Assembly (NCBI GenBank): GCA_963575745.1
Contig: CAUYUJ010000193.1
Coordinates: 62,001 to 117,000 of the forward strand
Source: Prorocentrum cordatum
Taxonomy: Eukaryota
DNA: 55,000 nt
Reading direction: 5' to 3'
Shown: positions 9,790 through 23,089 of the stretch, one piece after another
How the letters are laid out: each line of letters opens with the position of its first letter
How positions within the stretch are numbered: the first letter of the stretch is position 1
Program-made: the position numbers and the translations under genes
The notes under the pieces: generated by a model
What the model was told of the DNA's origin: nothing
Databases searched by the model: none
The model's input: the letters and a program-made list of their open reading frames with translations, nothing else

Positions 9790-12505
9790 GCCGAGGCCCG
9801 CCCTCCCCCGCCGAGCCGGCCGACGCCGGGACGGCAGCGCGGCAGCGGGCTGCTCCAGGGTGCCCCCCGGCCGTGCTCGCCTCGGCGGCCCGCGCCGAGC
9901 CGTGCTCCGCGCCTGCCGGGAGCCCCACGGGCCCTCGGGCGGGCGCGGCGCCCGCGCGAGACGCCCCACCCAGGGGAGAAGCGGGGTCCTCCGCTGGCGT
10001 GGAGCGGCGCCCGCCGTCCCCGGGCGCCGTGGCGGCCACGACGGGCGGCACTCAGTGGCAGGAAGATGCTGTGGAGGAGTCCCGTGTCGCCTCGGACTCC
10101 CCTGCGAGCGCCGAGCGGCGCTCGCCGCCACCTGGCGACCCGGCGGGCGCCGACTGCGGAGGCCAGTGGCAGGAAGATGCTGTGGAGGAGTCCCGTGTCG
10201 CCTCGGACTCCCCTGCGAGCGCCGAGCGGCGCTCGCCGCCACCTGGCGACCCGGCGGGCGCCGACTGCGGAGGCCAGTGGCAGGAAGATGCTGTGGAGGA
10301 GTCCCGTGTCGCCTCGGACTCCCCTGCGAGCGCCGAGCGGCGCTCGCCGCCTGCTGGCGACCCGGCGGGCGCCGACTGCGGAGGCCAGTGGCGGGACAGC
10401 GACCTGGAGGAGTTCCGAGCCGCTTTCGCGGAGCCGCATTCGCTGCCCACTGGCGACCCGGCGAATAGCACGGGGGGAACTGAGGGACACGAGGATGGTC
10501 TGCAGGAGTCACGCGCCGCGTTCGGCTCCCCGCTCGCACGGCGGCGCTCACCGCCCCCTAGCTGGTCAGAGGACCCCAGGAGCGTGGCCCAGAGGCAGGA
10601 GGAGCCCCGCACCGCGCCCGGCCCGCCCGCCGGTGCGTCTCGTCACCCGCCGCCCCCGACCCACCCGGCGAGCACCTGGAACGCAGCCCGAGGAGGAGGA
10701 GGAGGAGGAGGCGGCCCAGAGCAGCCCCCTGCCGCCTCTGGCAGCCCCGCGGGTGGTGGCCCTGGCGCCTCGCACGGCGCCCCGAAGTCGCCCGTGTGCC
10801 CCCTGCTGCCGCTGGCGGCGGGTCTTCCGACGCCCTGCCGGCGACCGAGCGGCGGCGGCGGGGCCCTCGCCGGCGGCGCGCCGCAGGCAGCGCCGCGCCC
10901 AGCCGCGCACGCCGCAGAGTCGCGCCAGCACGGGGCCTGCAGCGCCTCCCCCTCGCCGCCGTGCAGAGCCGCGCGCGGTGCATCCCAGGCCCGCGGCGGC
11001 CTGGCAGAAACGCAGGTCGACCCGGAGGGGGCCGACGATGCAGCCTCCCAGCCGCCCGCTGCAGAGGCGCGGGGGCGCGGTGAGCTTGCCGCCTCGACGG
11101 CGATCACGGCGGTGGGGCCCGCGGCGCCAGCAACGGACGAGCCCACTACGCAGCTCTCCTGCGAGGCTGGCGGCGACGAGCCTGCAGTCGTCCGCCACTC
11201 GCCGCCCAGCCGCTGGCAGCGCCCCTTGCCCGCCAGCATGGGCGGCCCTGAGGCTTTGGACCCCGATTGCGCCGCGGACCATGTGGCCCAGGCGCCTCCT
11301 GCGCCGAAGCGCTGGCTGGCGGCCACCACTCCGCCGCCTGGCGACGAGCCTGCTGGCGGCATCGGCGCGGATGTGCTAAGTCTGCTGCCTTCGTCGCAGC
11401 CCGAGGCCCCCGGGCCACCGAGGGCGAAGCGCAGGAGACGCACTCAGGCCGCGATCGACGACATGACCCCGTTGCGATCCCAAGACCCCTTACCGCAGGC
11501 ACTGGCTTCGGCGGCCCCGCAGGCGGCTGCGGCTGTCTCTGCAGCCCCGGCGTCAGCGGCCGTGCCTGCGGCCTCGGCGGCGGCGGTGGCCTCGGCTACA
11601 GAACCGCCAGGGGCGGCGGTAGCCGCGGCACTCCCCGCAGCCCTGGCAACGGCGGTCTTGCCAGCGGCCCCGACAAGAAGGCCGCCAAAGGCGAAGGCCG
11701 AGGCGGCGTCGGCGGCAACCACGGCTGGGAGGAAGAGGGGGCGCCCTCCCGCGGGCGCCTGCGCGAAAGAGGAAGAGCGCGAGTCGCCGGGTGCCGCTTC
11801 GGGCGAGGCCTTGGTGCCCGCAGCCTGGGCGGGAACGAGGCAGGGTGCGCCCGAGGCGGCGGCGGCGGCCCCAGCTGGGAGGAAGCGGGGGCGCCCTGCC
11901 GCGGGCGCTCGCGCGAAGGAGGAACGCGAGCCGGCGGCTGCCGCTTCGGGGGGGGCCTCGTCGAAGCCCGCGGCCGCGGGGGGAGAGAGTCAGGGCGCGC
12001 CCGAGCCTGTGGCCGCTCCCGCCCCAGAGCGACGCCGTGCGGCGGAAGCCCCGGGGCGCGTCGCCCCACCGCGCCGAGTGGAGGCCGAGCAGGCGGCGGC
12101 GGCGGCGGCGGCGGAGGGGGTGAGCGACGCGTGGGCGCTGTGCCCCGTGCCGCTAGCAGACGCTGAGCTCGGCCAGGGCACGGCTGCTGCGCCGCACGCT
12201 GTGCACGGGGACGCCGGCGAGGCCGCGGCCAGCGCCGCCGCGGGCGAGGGCGGCGAGGCCGCCCGCCCCGCGGGCAGGGGCCAGAAGCGCCGGGGCGGCG
12301 GCTGCAGCACAGGGCGGCGGGGCGCGCCGCGGCGCAAGAGCGTGAAGGCGGAGGCGCCGGCGAGCCAGGAGGAGGCCCAGGCGCCGCCGGCCGACCCCTC
12401 CGAGTCAAACACTCCGGCGCTCGTGGAGGAGCCGGGCCGCCCCGCAGGCGTGGCGGAGGCCCGGGCCGGTGCTGGTGCCTTCGCGGCCGCTGGGCCACCC
12501 CCAAG
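9790..12505 (+). CDS. MDC1/PTIP-like tandem-BRCT protein, large exon B (disordered region, 37-aa repeats, two AT-hook-like motifs, SQ/TQ sites)
   Basis: 2.7-kb stop-free frame (ORF 9657..12518) with CAG|G acceptor at 9789/9790. The AG|GC donor at 12505/12506 joins the BRCT exon in frame (...GPPPR/PPLPGAPCFSSTG). Confidence 0.8.
10053..10460 (+). repeat. In-frame 111-bp (37-aa) coding tandem repeat: 3 near-perfect copies plus a degenerate 4th
   Basis: CAGTGGC starts at 10053, 10164, 10275 and 10386; unit QWQEDAVEESRVASDSPASAERRSPPPGDPAGADCGG. Confidence 0.95.
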
Positions 12506-13171
12506 GCGGGCTGCCTGACCCTCCTTCCTGGACTCCCTCCATCCACCCTCTCTTCTCTCTCGTCGTCAGAGCAGCTTCCCCTCGTCGAACCGCCGCACGC
12601 GTCGGCGGGGCGGGCCGGGCAGTCTGCTTGAGGCTCCGTCAGGATCTGCGCCGTTGGCTCTCGACCTTTTCGAGGGCTGCACGGATCAGGGCGGGTGTTT
12701 GTTTCAATGCGGCTTTCGCTTCAGCGCAGTGCGTATTCAGCTTTGGGTACAGGGCGCCCTGTTTTCAAGCTGTGGCTCTGACCATTCGGGCCGCGCGCAT
12801 GAGTGTTACAGGTTGCAGCAGTTGAGCGGAGATGTTTGACATGATTTCGGGCAGCGGTTCCAAGCGTGCAACTCTGCACTAATGGAGGGCGGCGTCCTTT
12901 GGAGACTTCCTCGGATTCTGGGAGACTTCGTGTGAGACTTCCTCGGGATCTGTGACCAGAAGATGATACTTTGCAGCATTCCCCTGCGCGGATGTTTTTT
13001 GTGAACAAGGGCGGGTCAAATTTGGACTCTCGCTGCACATATCCCTGGACTTTTTTGTCCCTACTTCGTTTTACCTTGCAGTTCGAAGTGTTGAGGGCGG
13101 ATGGGCTTTCGTCTGAATGGCAGGACCATTGTGTGCTCGCCCTTCTGGGGTCGGTTTTGTTGTGACAGTGG

Positions 13172-13416
13172 AATATGTCCAGCTGCCTGCGGCAAATCCC
13201 GCCACCGTGCCAGCCCAACATTCTGGGCGGCGACTGTTTGAGGGGGAACGGGAGGCTGTCACATGTGACACCTCGTGTCCCCAGGCTTGGTGGAGCCGTG
13301 ATGATGATGATGCTGCTGCTGATGATGATGATGATGATGATGATGATGAGTAATACGAAGAAGAAGACGACGATGATGATGATGATGACGTGGATGATGA
13401 GTATGATGATGATGAA

Positions 13417-13483
<67 letters not shown>

Positions 13484-14443
13484 GTGATGACGATGATGGT
13501 AGTGGTTGTGGTTGTGGTGGTGATGCTGATGCTGCTGCTGATGATGCTGATGATGATGATGATGATGACGATTCTCTGATGCTGCTGATGATGTGGATGA
13601 TGAATATGATGATGCTGATTGTGATGATGATGATGATGGTGATGGTGATGATGCAGATGCTGCTGCTGACGATTATGATAATGAAACTGATGATGCTGAT
13701 GGTGATGATGATGATGACGATAATGATGCTGATGCTGGTGCTGCTGCTGTTGCTGGTAATGATGATGGCGATGGTGATGACGTTCACGCTCACGTCGAAG
13801 ACGACGACGAGGACGACGATGACGATGACGACGATGATGGTTTTGATGATGATGTTGATGATGACGATGATGATGCTGATGGTGATGATGCTGATGATTG
13901 CGATTATGATGATGCTGCTGCTGACGACGATGATGATGAGGATGATGATGCTGCCGATTACGATGGTGATGATGCTGGTGATGATGACGATGACGATGAT
14001 GAATCTGATGTTGATAATGCTGTTGACGATGATGACGACGATGGTGATGATGATTATGATGATGCTGATGATGATGGTAATGATGATGCTTATGCTGATG
14101 CGGATTCCGATGATGACCACGGTGCTGATTTAGACGATGAAGGTAATGTTAATTTGATGATGAGGATGGTGACTAGGATCGGGTTGACGATGAGGATGAT
14201 GTTGAGGATGACTATGACGATGACGATGCTGATTGTGATTATGATGATGATGAGGACGATGATGCTGATGATGCTGATGATGTTGCTGCTGCTGACGACG
14301 ATGATGACGATGCTGCTGCTGCTGATGATGATTCTGATCGGGATTACGATGACATGATGATACTGATGTTGTTGATGATGCTTGTGATTCGGATAATGAT
14401 AATGATGATGATGATGATGATGACGATGATGAGGATGAAGATG

Positions 14444-14491
<48 letters not shown>

Positions 14492-14730
14492 GTGATGATG
14501 CTGATGAAGGTGATGCTGCTGATGATGATGCTGATGATGAGGACGAGGACGATGATGATGGTGGTGGTGGTGGTGGTGGTGACGGTGGTTGTGGTGGTGA
14601 TGGTGATGGTTGTGGTGATGATGCTGCTGCTGCTGATGTTCAGGATGGTTGTGATGGTGGCGGTGGTGGTGGTGGTGATGATGATGATGATGATCGTCAT
14701 GAGGAGGAGAAGGGTTGAAGATGAGGATAG

Positions 14731-14828
<98 letters not shown>

Positions 14829-15743
14829 CTGTCACCACGGAGGAGGAGGATTAGGAGGAGAAGAACGAGGAGGAGGAGGAGGAAGAGGAGGAAGAGGAAG
14901 GCCGTCACATGTGACACCTTCCGTTTTCAGTCTTCACTAGCTGAGGAGCCTTCGTGGAACTCGCTCAGGCCGTCTTGTGGCTGTGTTGGCCTCCTGTGAT
15001 GCAGTCTTGGGGTCCTCTGGGGATCCTCGTGTGCTTTTTCGGGCGCTCTGAGGCCGTCTTGGGGTTCTTTTGGGCTTTCTTGGAGGCATCTTGGCCTCGG
15101 GTGAGCGCATTGTCGTATTGTGAAAGGGTTTGTGGTCTCGGGAATTCGTCGCATTTTGCAATGGATTGTGGCCTCGGGACAGGGCGATGCATGCGGGCCA
15201 GCGCTGGTGGAGGGGGGGGGGGACCCCAGAAGATTACAGGCGCCATACGGCAGTCTTGGGCGGCCCTCGGGCTGTCTCGGAGCAGTTCTGGGGTCCTCAT
15301 GGGGACCTGTTCGGCCGTCTTGGTTTTTCTTGAGGGCCTTCTGGGCAGTCTTTGGACGTTAGCTCGAAAAGGCGAGAGCCCCACAAACACAGAAGAACCG
15401 AAAGAAGACCAAATATTTTATTTTGTTTGTTTTCTTCTGGAGGCCCTCTTGGGAGGGCTCGTGGAACGTCTCGAAGTCCTTGTGGAACGTCCTGAGGCCA
15501 TCTTGAGCCGTCTTGATGCCAAAGTGAGCGTCTTGGAGCCATATTGGGCCGTCTTGGAGGCATCTGGCCCTTGGGAGTGCGAATCTGTCGAATGTGCGAG
15601 ACACTGTGGCCTCGGAAGAGGGGGCGATGCAGGCAGGGCAGCGTGGGGAGAGGGGGGGGGGCCCTGGAAGATTGCCGAAATCCTGCCAGGCAGCACGTGT
15701 CAATCTAGCACGCCTCAGGGTGCCAGGGAGCACGGTGGCGGAT
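13172..15743. mobile_element. Intronic non-autonomous element A (Helentron/HINE-like) carrying (GAT)n and GGCCGTCTTG repeats
   Basis: Perfect 12-bp inverted repeat CCGCCACCGTGC (13199-13210) / GCACGGTGGCGG (15730-15741); small TGCC-tgc-GGCA stem-loop just outside the left copy; left boundary approximate. Confidence 0.6.
13299..14898. repeat. Compound (GAT)n/(GCT)/(GGT)/(GGA) microsatellite field
   Basis: Direct reading; source of the poly-Asp/Met/Ile/His ORFs. Confidence 0.97.
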
Positions 15744-15858
15744 CCGGAGCTTGTGAGGAGGGGGCTCGGGACGGGAGGATGTATTGCAGCATCGGTCCGT
15801 GTTTACTCCGGTCCTCCTCCTCCCCTCCACACCTCCCCCGCTCTCGGCCGCCCTGGAG

Positions 15859-16222
15859 GCCCCCCCTCCCGGGAGCGCCTTGCTTCTCGAGCACGGGCCT
15901 CGAGCTCAGCAAGAGGCAGAAGCGCACGATCAGGGAGATGGGCTGGGCGCTCGCCAGCGACTGGGTGCCGGGCATCACGCACCTGGTGGCGGATACTTTC
16001 CGGCGCACGACGAAGATGATGTGCGCCATCTGCTGCGGGGCTCACATCGTCACCCCGGGGTACCTCGACGCCTGTCGGGAGGCGGGGGGCCTCGTAGACG
16101 AGGCGGCCTTCATCCTCCGCGACGAGGTCTGCGAGGCCGCGTTCGCGCGCAAGCGCGGCATCGGCGGGGGCTACTCGCTGGCGGTAGCGCTGGAGCGGTC
16201 GCGCAGCGGGGGCAAGCTGCTG
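15859..16222 (+). CDS. MDC1/PTIP-like tandem-BRCT protein, exon C (BRCT repeat 1 and linker)
   Basis: PCFSSTGLEL...GITHLVADTFRRTTKMMCAICCGAHIVTPGYLDACREAGGLVDEAAFILRD...YSLAVALERSRSGGKLL aligns by eye with the MDC1 pattern FTG...[20 protein letters not shown].PI....WL..S..AG.F.....Y...D....F.FSL..AL.RAR...LL. Strong GC3 bias; AG|G acceptor and GC donor. Confidence 0.93.
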
Positions 16223-16326
16223 GCAGTCGAGTGAGAAGCAACTGCATAAGAAGCATAGCTTCCGGAGCTCCGCGCGGGGCCCCGGAAGGTTTTTGTGTGC
16301 TTGTGGCATTTTGGCTTCTCCTCCAG

Positions 16327-16539
16327 GCAGGCGTCTCGGTGTACTGCTTCCCCTCCGTTGCCGAGAAGCGCGAGCTGCCCATGCTGGTGGAGGCGGCTGG
16401 CGGCACCTGGCTGTCCAGGTGGCCCGACAGCCCCGACGCGTCCTCGGTGCTGCTGCTGGCCGAGCGCACCGTGGGCAGCGAGAAGGAGCAGCAGCGGCGC
16501 AGGGCGCACGAGGTGTTCGACGTGGAGCTGCTCCGCGAG
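16327..16539 (+). CDS. MDC1/PTIP-like tandem-BRCT protein, exon D (BRCT repeat 2)
   Basis: Follows a 104-bp GC-AG intron (16223-16326): AGVSVYCFPSVAEKRELPMLVEAAGGTWLSRWP...HEVFDVELLRE; GAG|GC donor at 16539/16540. Confidence 0.9.
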
Positions 16540-16722
16540 GCTCGGATCAGAAGAACCTGCGTGAATCTAACGCGGGCGTGTGCCTCTACAGGGGGAATGT
16601 TTTTATTATGCCGGTGCGACCCTACCTAGGAGTTGGAGCTTCCCGGAAAGCAACATTCGTAGGAGCGGTAAACAAACGCCGCCCTCCTCCTTCTCCTGAT
16701 CGTCTTAGTTGTACCATTAGCG

Positions 16723-19045
<2,323 letters not shown>

Positions 19046-19165
19046 CGCCAGAACCGCCGACGCCACGCCGTAAGTGAAGCAGCAGCAGAAGCAGGCAGCA
19101 AGTCGCCGAGACAGCAGCAAAAGCAAGCAGGCACGGAGATGAGGGCGGGGCACTGGGGAGTTCTT

Positions 19166-19860
19166 TACATCTACATCTATATCTTCACCTACATCTACAT
19201 CGACACCTACATATACATCTAGACCTACATCTACATCTACACCTACAGCTACATCTACATCTACACCTGCATCTACATCTACATCTACATCAACAGCGAG
19301 ACTCACATCTACATCTACATCTACACCTACATCTGCACCTACATCTACATCTACATCTACACCTGCATCCACATCTACACCTACACCTACATCTACATCT
19401 ACACGTTCGCATTGGTTTTGCTTCTGCTTTGCATTGCCTTTGCTTTTGCTCTTGCCTTTGCTTTTGCCTTTGCCTTTGCTTTTGCTTTTTCTTTTGCTGT
19501 TGCTTTGCTTTTGCTTTTGCTATTTGATTGGTTTTACTTTTGCTTTGCCTGCGCACAGACGCACACACACACACACGCATGTTTTTGCATTCGCTCACCG
19601 GGCGTGCTTGATAATGCTCTGCTCTGCTCTGCTCTGCTCTGCTATGCTATGCTATGCTATGCTATGCTATGTTATGCTGCGCAATGCTATGCTGGGCTAG
19701 GCTAGGCTAGGCTGTGCTATGCTATGCTATGCTGCGCTATGCTATGCTGCGCTATGCTATGCTATGCCATGCTATGCTATGCTATACTATGCTATGCTAT
19801 GCTTTTGCTTTGCCTTCGCTTTTGCCTTCACTTTTGCCTTTGCTTTTGCTTTTGCTTGGC
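19166..19860. repeat. Successive microsatellites (ACATCT)n, (TTTTGC)n, (GCTCT)n/(GCTAT)n
   Basis: Direct reading. Confidence 0.95.
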
Positions 19861-21059
19861 ACCCAGGGAGCGCAACTGGGGGAACCGCGCGTTTGCTTTT
19901 ACCTTTGCTGTTGCTTTTGCTTGGCTCCCAGGGGACTGGGGGAACCGCCCGGGGCGATTTGCACTGCCCGGCCCCTTTAAGCCAAGCGAGTAGAACCCTT
20001 CTAGGCAGAGCCTAGGTAGGGAAAAAAGTAGTTCAACAAACAGTCTGGGGACGTTTCTTTTTGTGGGTATTTTTTGGTATTTTGGGGTATTTTTTTTTTT
20101 CGCCCCAAATTCGCCTGTAGGGGGACATGCCCGACCTCAGCGTAATCATACAGTGGAGACCCATGTCAAGGAACACCCCGCTTGCCTCCAGGGTGCCCTG
20201 GGTCTCTTGGGTTTCGATAGTTTTGCCGTGGAAGGCGTGACGTTCCCACACCAGAAAACATAAGAAGTCCTGCGGTCTCAGGGTTGGGTTTCTCGTGGAA
20301 GGTTTCTCTTGAACTGGCCTCCACTGTACACTGTCGGAGCTCTGCGCGCACCGCTCGGATCGGCGCTGGAGCCCTCCCCCCTGCCTGGCGCCAGGAGCGC
20401 GCCAGGGGCGGCGCCGGGGGGGCCCATCGCAGATTCAAGAAGTCCGCGCGGACCTCCGAAAGCTTCTGTCTATGCCGCTCTTTGGGGCCTCCGGGGCCAT
20501 CTTCGGGCGATCTCGGGGCCCTCGTGGGCCGCCCTGGCGCGTCGGAGACCCAGACAGGCGAGGACGATCAATGAGATATTGGGGCCCTCTGGGGCCATCC
20601 TGCGGCTGTTGGAGGTCCCGGGGCGCTCTTGGGCCGTCTCATTCCGAGCCTTTTCTCTGGGTGGAGGGCACAGGGCGACATCTGCCATGCCGTCTCGACG
20701 GATTTTCGAGGCTCGAATCTGCAAGAGCTGAATCACAAGAGGAACGGATCTCTTCGAGGCGCAGAAGCCCCTCTGGACTTCGCCCTGAGCCCTCCGCCCT
20801 GAGACACAAGGGCAGGAAAAACGCCCCCACCCTGGTTTACGAGGCGCTGTGCGCTGAAACTCCTGTGGACTGACAGGGCAAACCCTGCGTGATGTGCGCG
20901 TCCTGGCGGCTCTAGGCTCTGGGGGCTCCCAGGAGGTCTACAGACCAAGCACTTGCAATCCAGGGTAGGGCCGTTTTTTCATCCCTCAAGAGAAAATGCT
21001 CTCTTCGAGGTGCAGAAGCCCATCTGGATTTCGCCCTGAGCCCTGGGAAGCGCCTCGAT

Positions 21060-21165
21060 CCAGGAGGAGGACGAGCCAGGAGGAGGACGAGCCAGGAGGA
21101 GGACGAGCCAGGAGGAGGACGAGCCAGGAGGAGGACGATCCAGGAGGAGGACGATCCAGGAGGCG
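21060..21165. repeat. 16-bp minisatellite CAGGAGGAGGACGA(G/T)C, about 6.5 copies
   Basis: Units start at 21061, 21077, 21093, 21109, 21125, 21141 and 21157. Preceded by a 44-bp duplication (20750-20793 versus 21001-21044). Confidence 0.92.
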
Positions 21166-21204
21166 GAGGAGGAGAAGATGCTCAGCCGCTCTCTCTTTCC
21201 AGAG

Positions 21205-21252
21205 GCCACGTGCACTCAGCAGCTGCGCCGGGGCGCGTACCGGCTGCGGTGA
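21205..21252 (+). CDS. MDC1/PTIP-like tandem-BRCT protein, terminal exon E
   Basis: Pyrimidine tract plus AG|G, then ATCTQQLRRGAYRLR*. This completes ELLRE/ATCTQQL...Y.L, equivalent to the MDC1-type C-terminus EFLLTGVLKQE......F.L. Confidence 0.82.
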   Translation, partial: ATCTQQLRRGAYRLR

Positions 21253-21512
21253 GGCGGGGGGAGGACGCGCGGCGGGGCGGGCGGCCCGCGCTGCGAGCGC
21301 CCGCCTCGCCCCGCTGGTCTGCCAGCGCTGTCTCTCTGCCTCCTCCTCCTCCTCCTCCTCCTCCTCCTCCTCCACCTCCACATCCTCCTCCTCCTCCTCC
21401 TCCCTCCTCCTCCTCCTCCTCCTCCTCCGCCTCCTCCTCCTCCTCCTGCTGGTCTGCCAGCGCCGTCTCTCCCGGCCCATCCTCACGCCTTCTCTCCCGG
21501 CCGGCGGACTCG

Positions 21513-21561
<49 letters not shown>

Positions 21562-21769
21562 TCTCTCCCTCTCTCTCCCTCTCTCCCTCTCTCCCTCTGT
21601 TTTTTGTTGTCTGTGTGTGTGTACCTCTGCCGATGCCTTTCCCGCCAGCGCAGTCACTCTGCCTGGGCCGCCGACGCAGAGAGTGTGTGTGCGTGTATTA
21701 CTCGGTCACTGCCTAACATAGCTTCGATGATTCAGTGGCGCTAACTAGCAAAAGACTGCTGGCGCTTCA

Positions 21770-22280
21770 ACCCTGTTCGAGTCGAGCTTTCTGGTCCTCG
21801 CTTTGTCTGCCGCCGCACGTTTGTTTTACAGCACCTCATTCATATTCTCACCAACACATCTGCACTGCAGTAGTGGCCTATCCTTCTCTGCGCGTTGCTA
21901 CAAAGTTCGTTTGCAATCAGCACTTTTACGTGCTGACCGCGCCTGAGGTTCCTCTGCGCCGCTGAATTAACGAGTAGAGTTATCATGCTCCTCGGGTTCT
22001 GACCGCTGAACGATTTTTTGGTCATCATATGTCGGTAATTCTTGGCCCTAATTTGCACCATTCCGCTCGCGCCTCAGTTAGCCTTGAGTCGAGTTCGCTC
22101 TGCGTACTCCTTGGGTTCTGGCCGCTGCAGTTTTGTGTTTGCAGTCCCATCACTACACCACCCAATCTCTGCAATTTACAGCGTGCACCCTTCGCATTGC
22201 TGTTCTTTCGGCTAAGTTCGTTTGAAAGTAGCACCTTCATCTGCTGCAGGTGCCCGAGGTTCCTCTGCACCGCCGACTGA
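21770..22280. repeat. Diverged ~310-bp tandem duplication
   Basis: AAGTTCGTTTG.AA..AGCAC.TT...GAGGTTCCTCTGC.CCGC occurs at ~21903-21963 and ~22214-22275. Confidence 0.7.
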
Positions 22281-22283
22281 GTA

Positions 22284-22284
<1 letters not shown>

Positions 22285-22335
<51 letters not shown>

Positions 22336-22379
22336 CGTTTCTTTTTGTTTTGCTTGTTTTTTTGTGTTTTTTTGCGCGC

Positions 22380-22416
<37 letters not shown>

Positions 22417-22688
22417 TGTGCGTCTCCCCCTTTCTCTCTTTTTGTTTGTTTGTTTGTGTTTATGTGTGTGTGGGTGTCCCTCTCTCTTTCTCTTTTTCAA
22501 TTTCTCTGTATTTTTCCGTGTGCATGTATGTATCGATGTCTGTATGCATGCATGCATGCATGCATGTATGTTCGTTCCTTTTTTGTATGTGTGTCTTTAT
22601 GCATGCATGTATGTACATATGTCTGTCTGTCTGCCTGCCTGTCTGTCTGTCTGTATGCATGTCTGTATGCATGTATGTATGTATGTAC

Positions 22689-22730
<42 letters not shown>

Positions 22731-22900
22731 ATGTATGCATGCATGCATGCATGCATGCATGTATGTATGTATGTATGCATGTATGTATGTATGTATGTAT
22801 GTATGTATGTATGTATGTATGTATGTATTCATGTATGTATGATACTATATATATATGAATATATATATACATACATACATATATATATTTATATGTACTT
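22285..22900. repeat. (GT)n/(GTCT)n/(GCAT)n/(GTAT)n/(AT)n microsatellite field
   Basis: Direct reading. Confidence 0.95.
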
Positions 22901-23089
22901 ATGTACACTCTTTCACCAACTTGGTACGCTGCGCCGCTGAAGCCTTGAACCGTTAGGTAGCTCTGGCGCGGAAGGAGTCCGCGGAGCGTGGGGACGGTTA
23001 GAGGAAAGGGAGGCGGGGGAGGGGGGATACACACATACACACACACGCACACAAACATATATATATACATATATATATATATAGATATC

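Noticed and set aside
13071..14999. Long poly-Asp/Met/Ile/His/Ser ORFs (likewise at 24-527, 16971-19372, 31117-32648, 41227-43912, 52243-52906)
   Set aside because: Translations of trinucleotide microsatellites that lack stop codons; no domain content.
14954..15858. N-terminal 300 codons of ORF 14954..16234 as part of the BRCT protein
   Set aside because: This stretch is mostly GGCCGTCTTG repeat-element sequence inside the predicted intron; BRCT similarity begins only after the acceptor at 15858.
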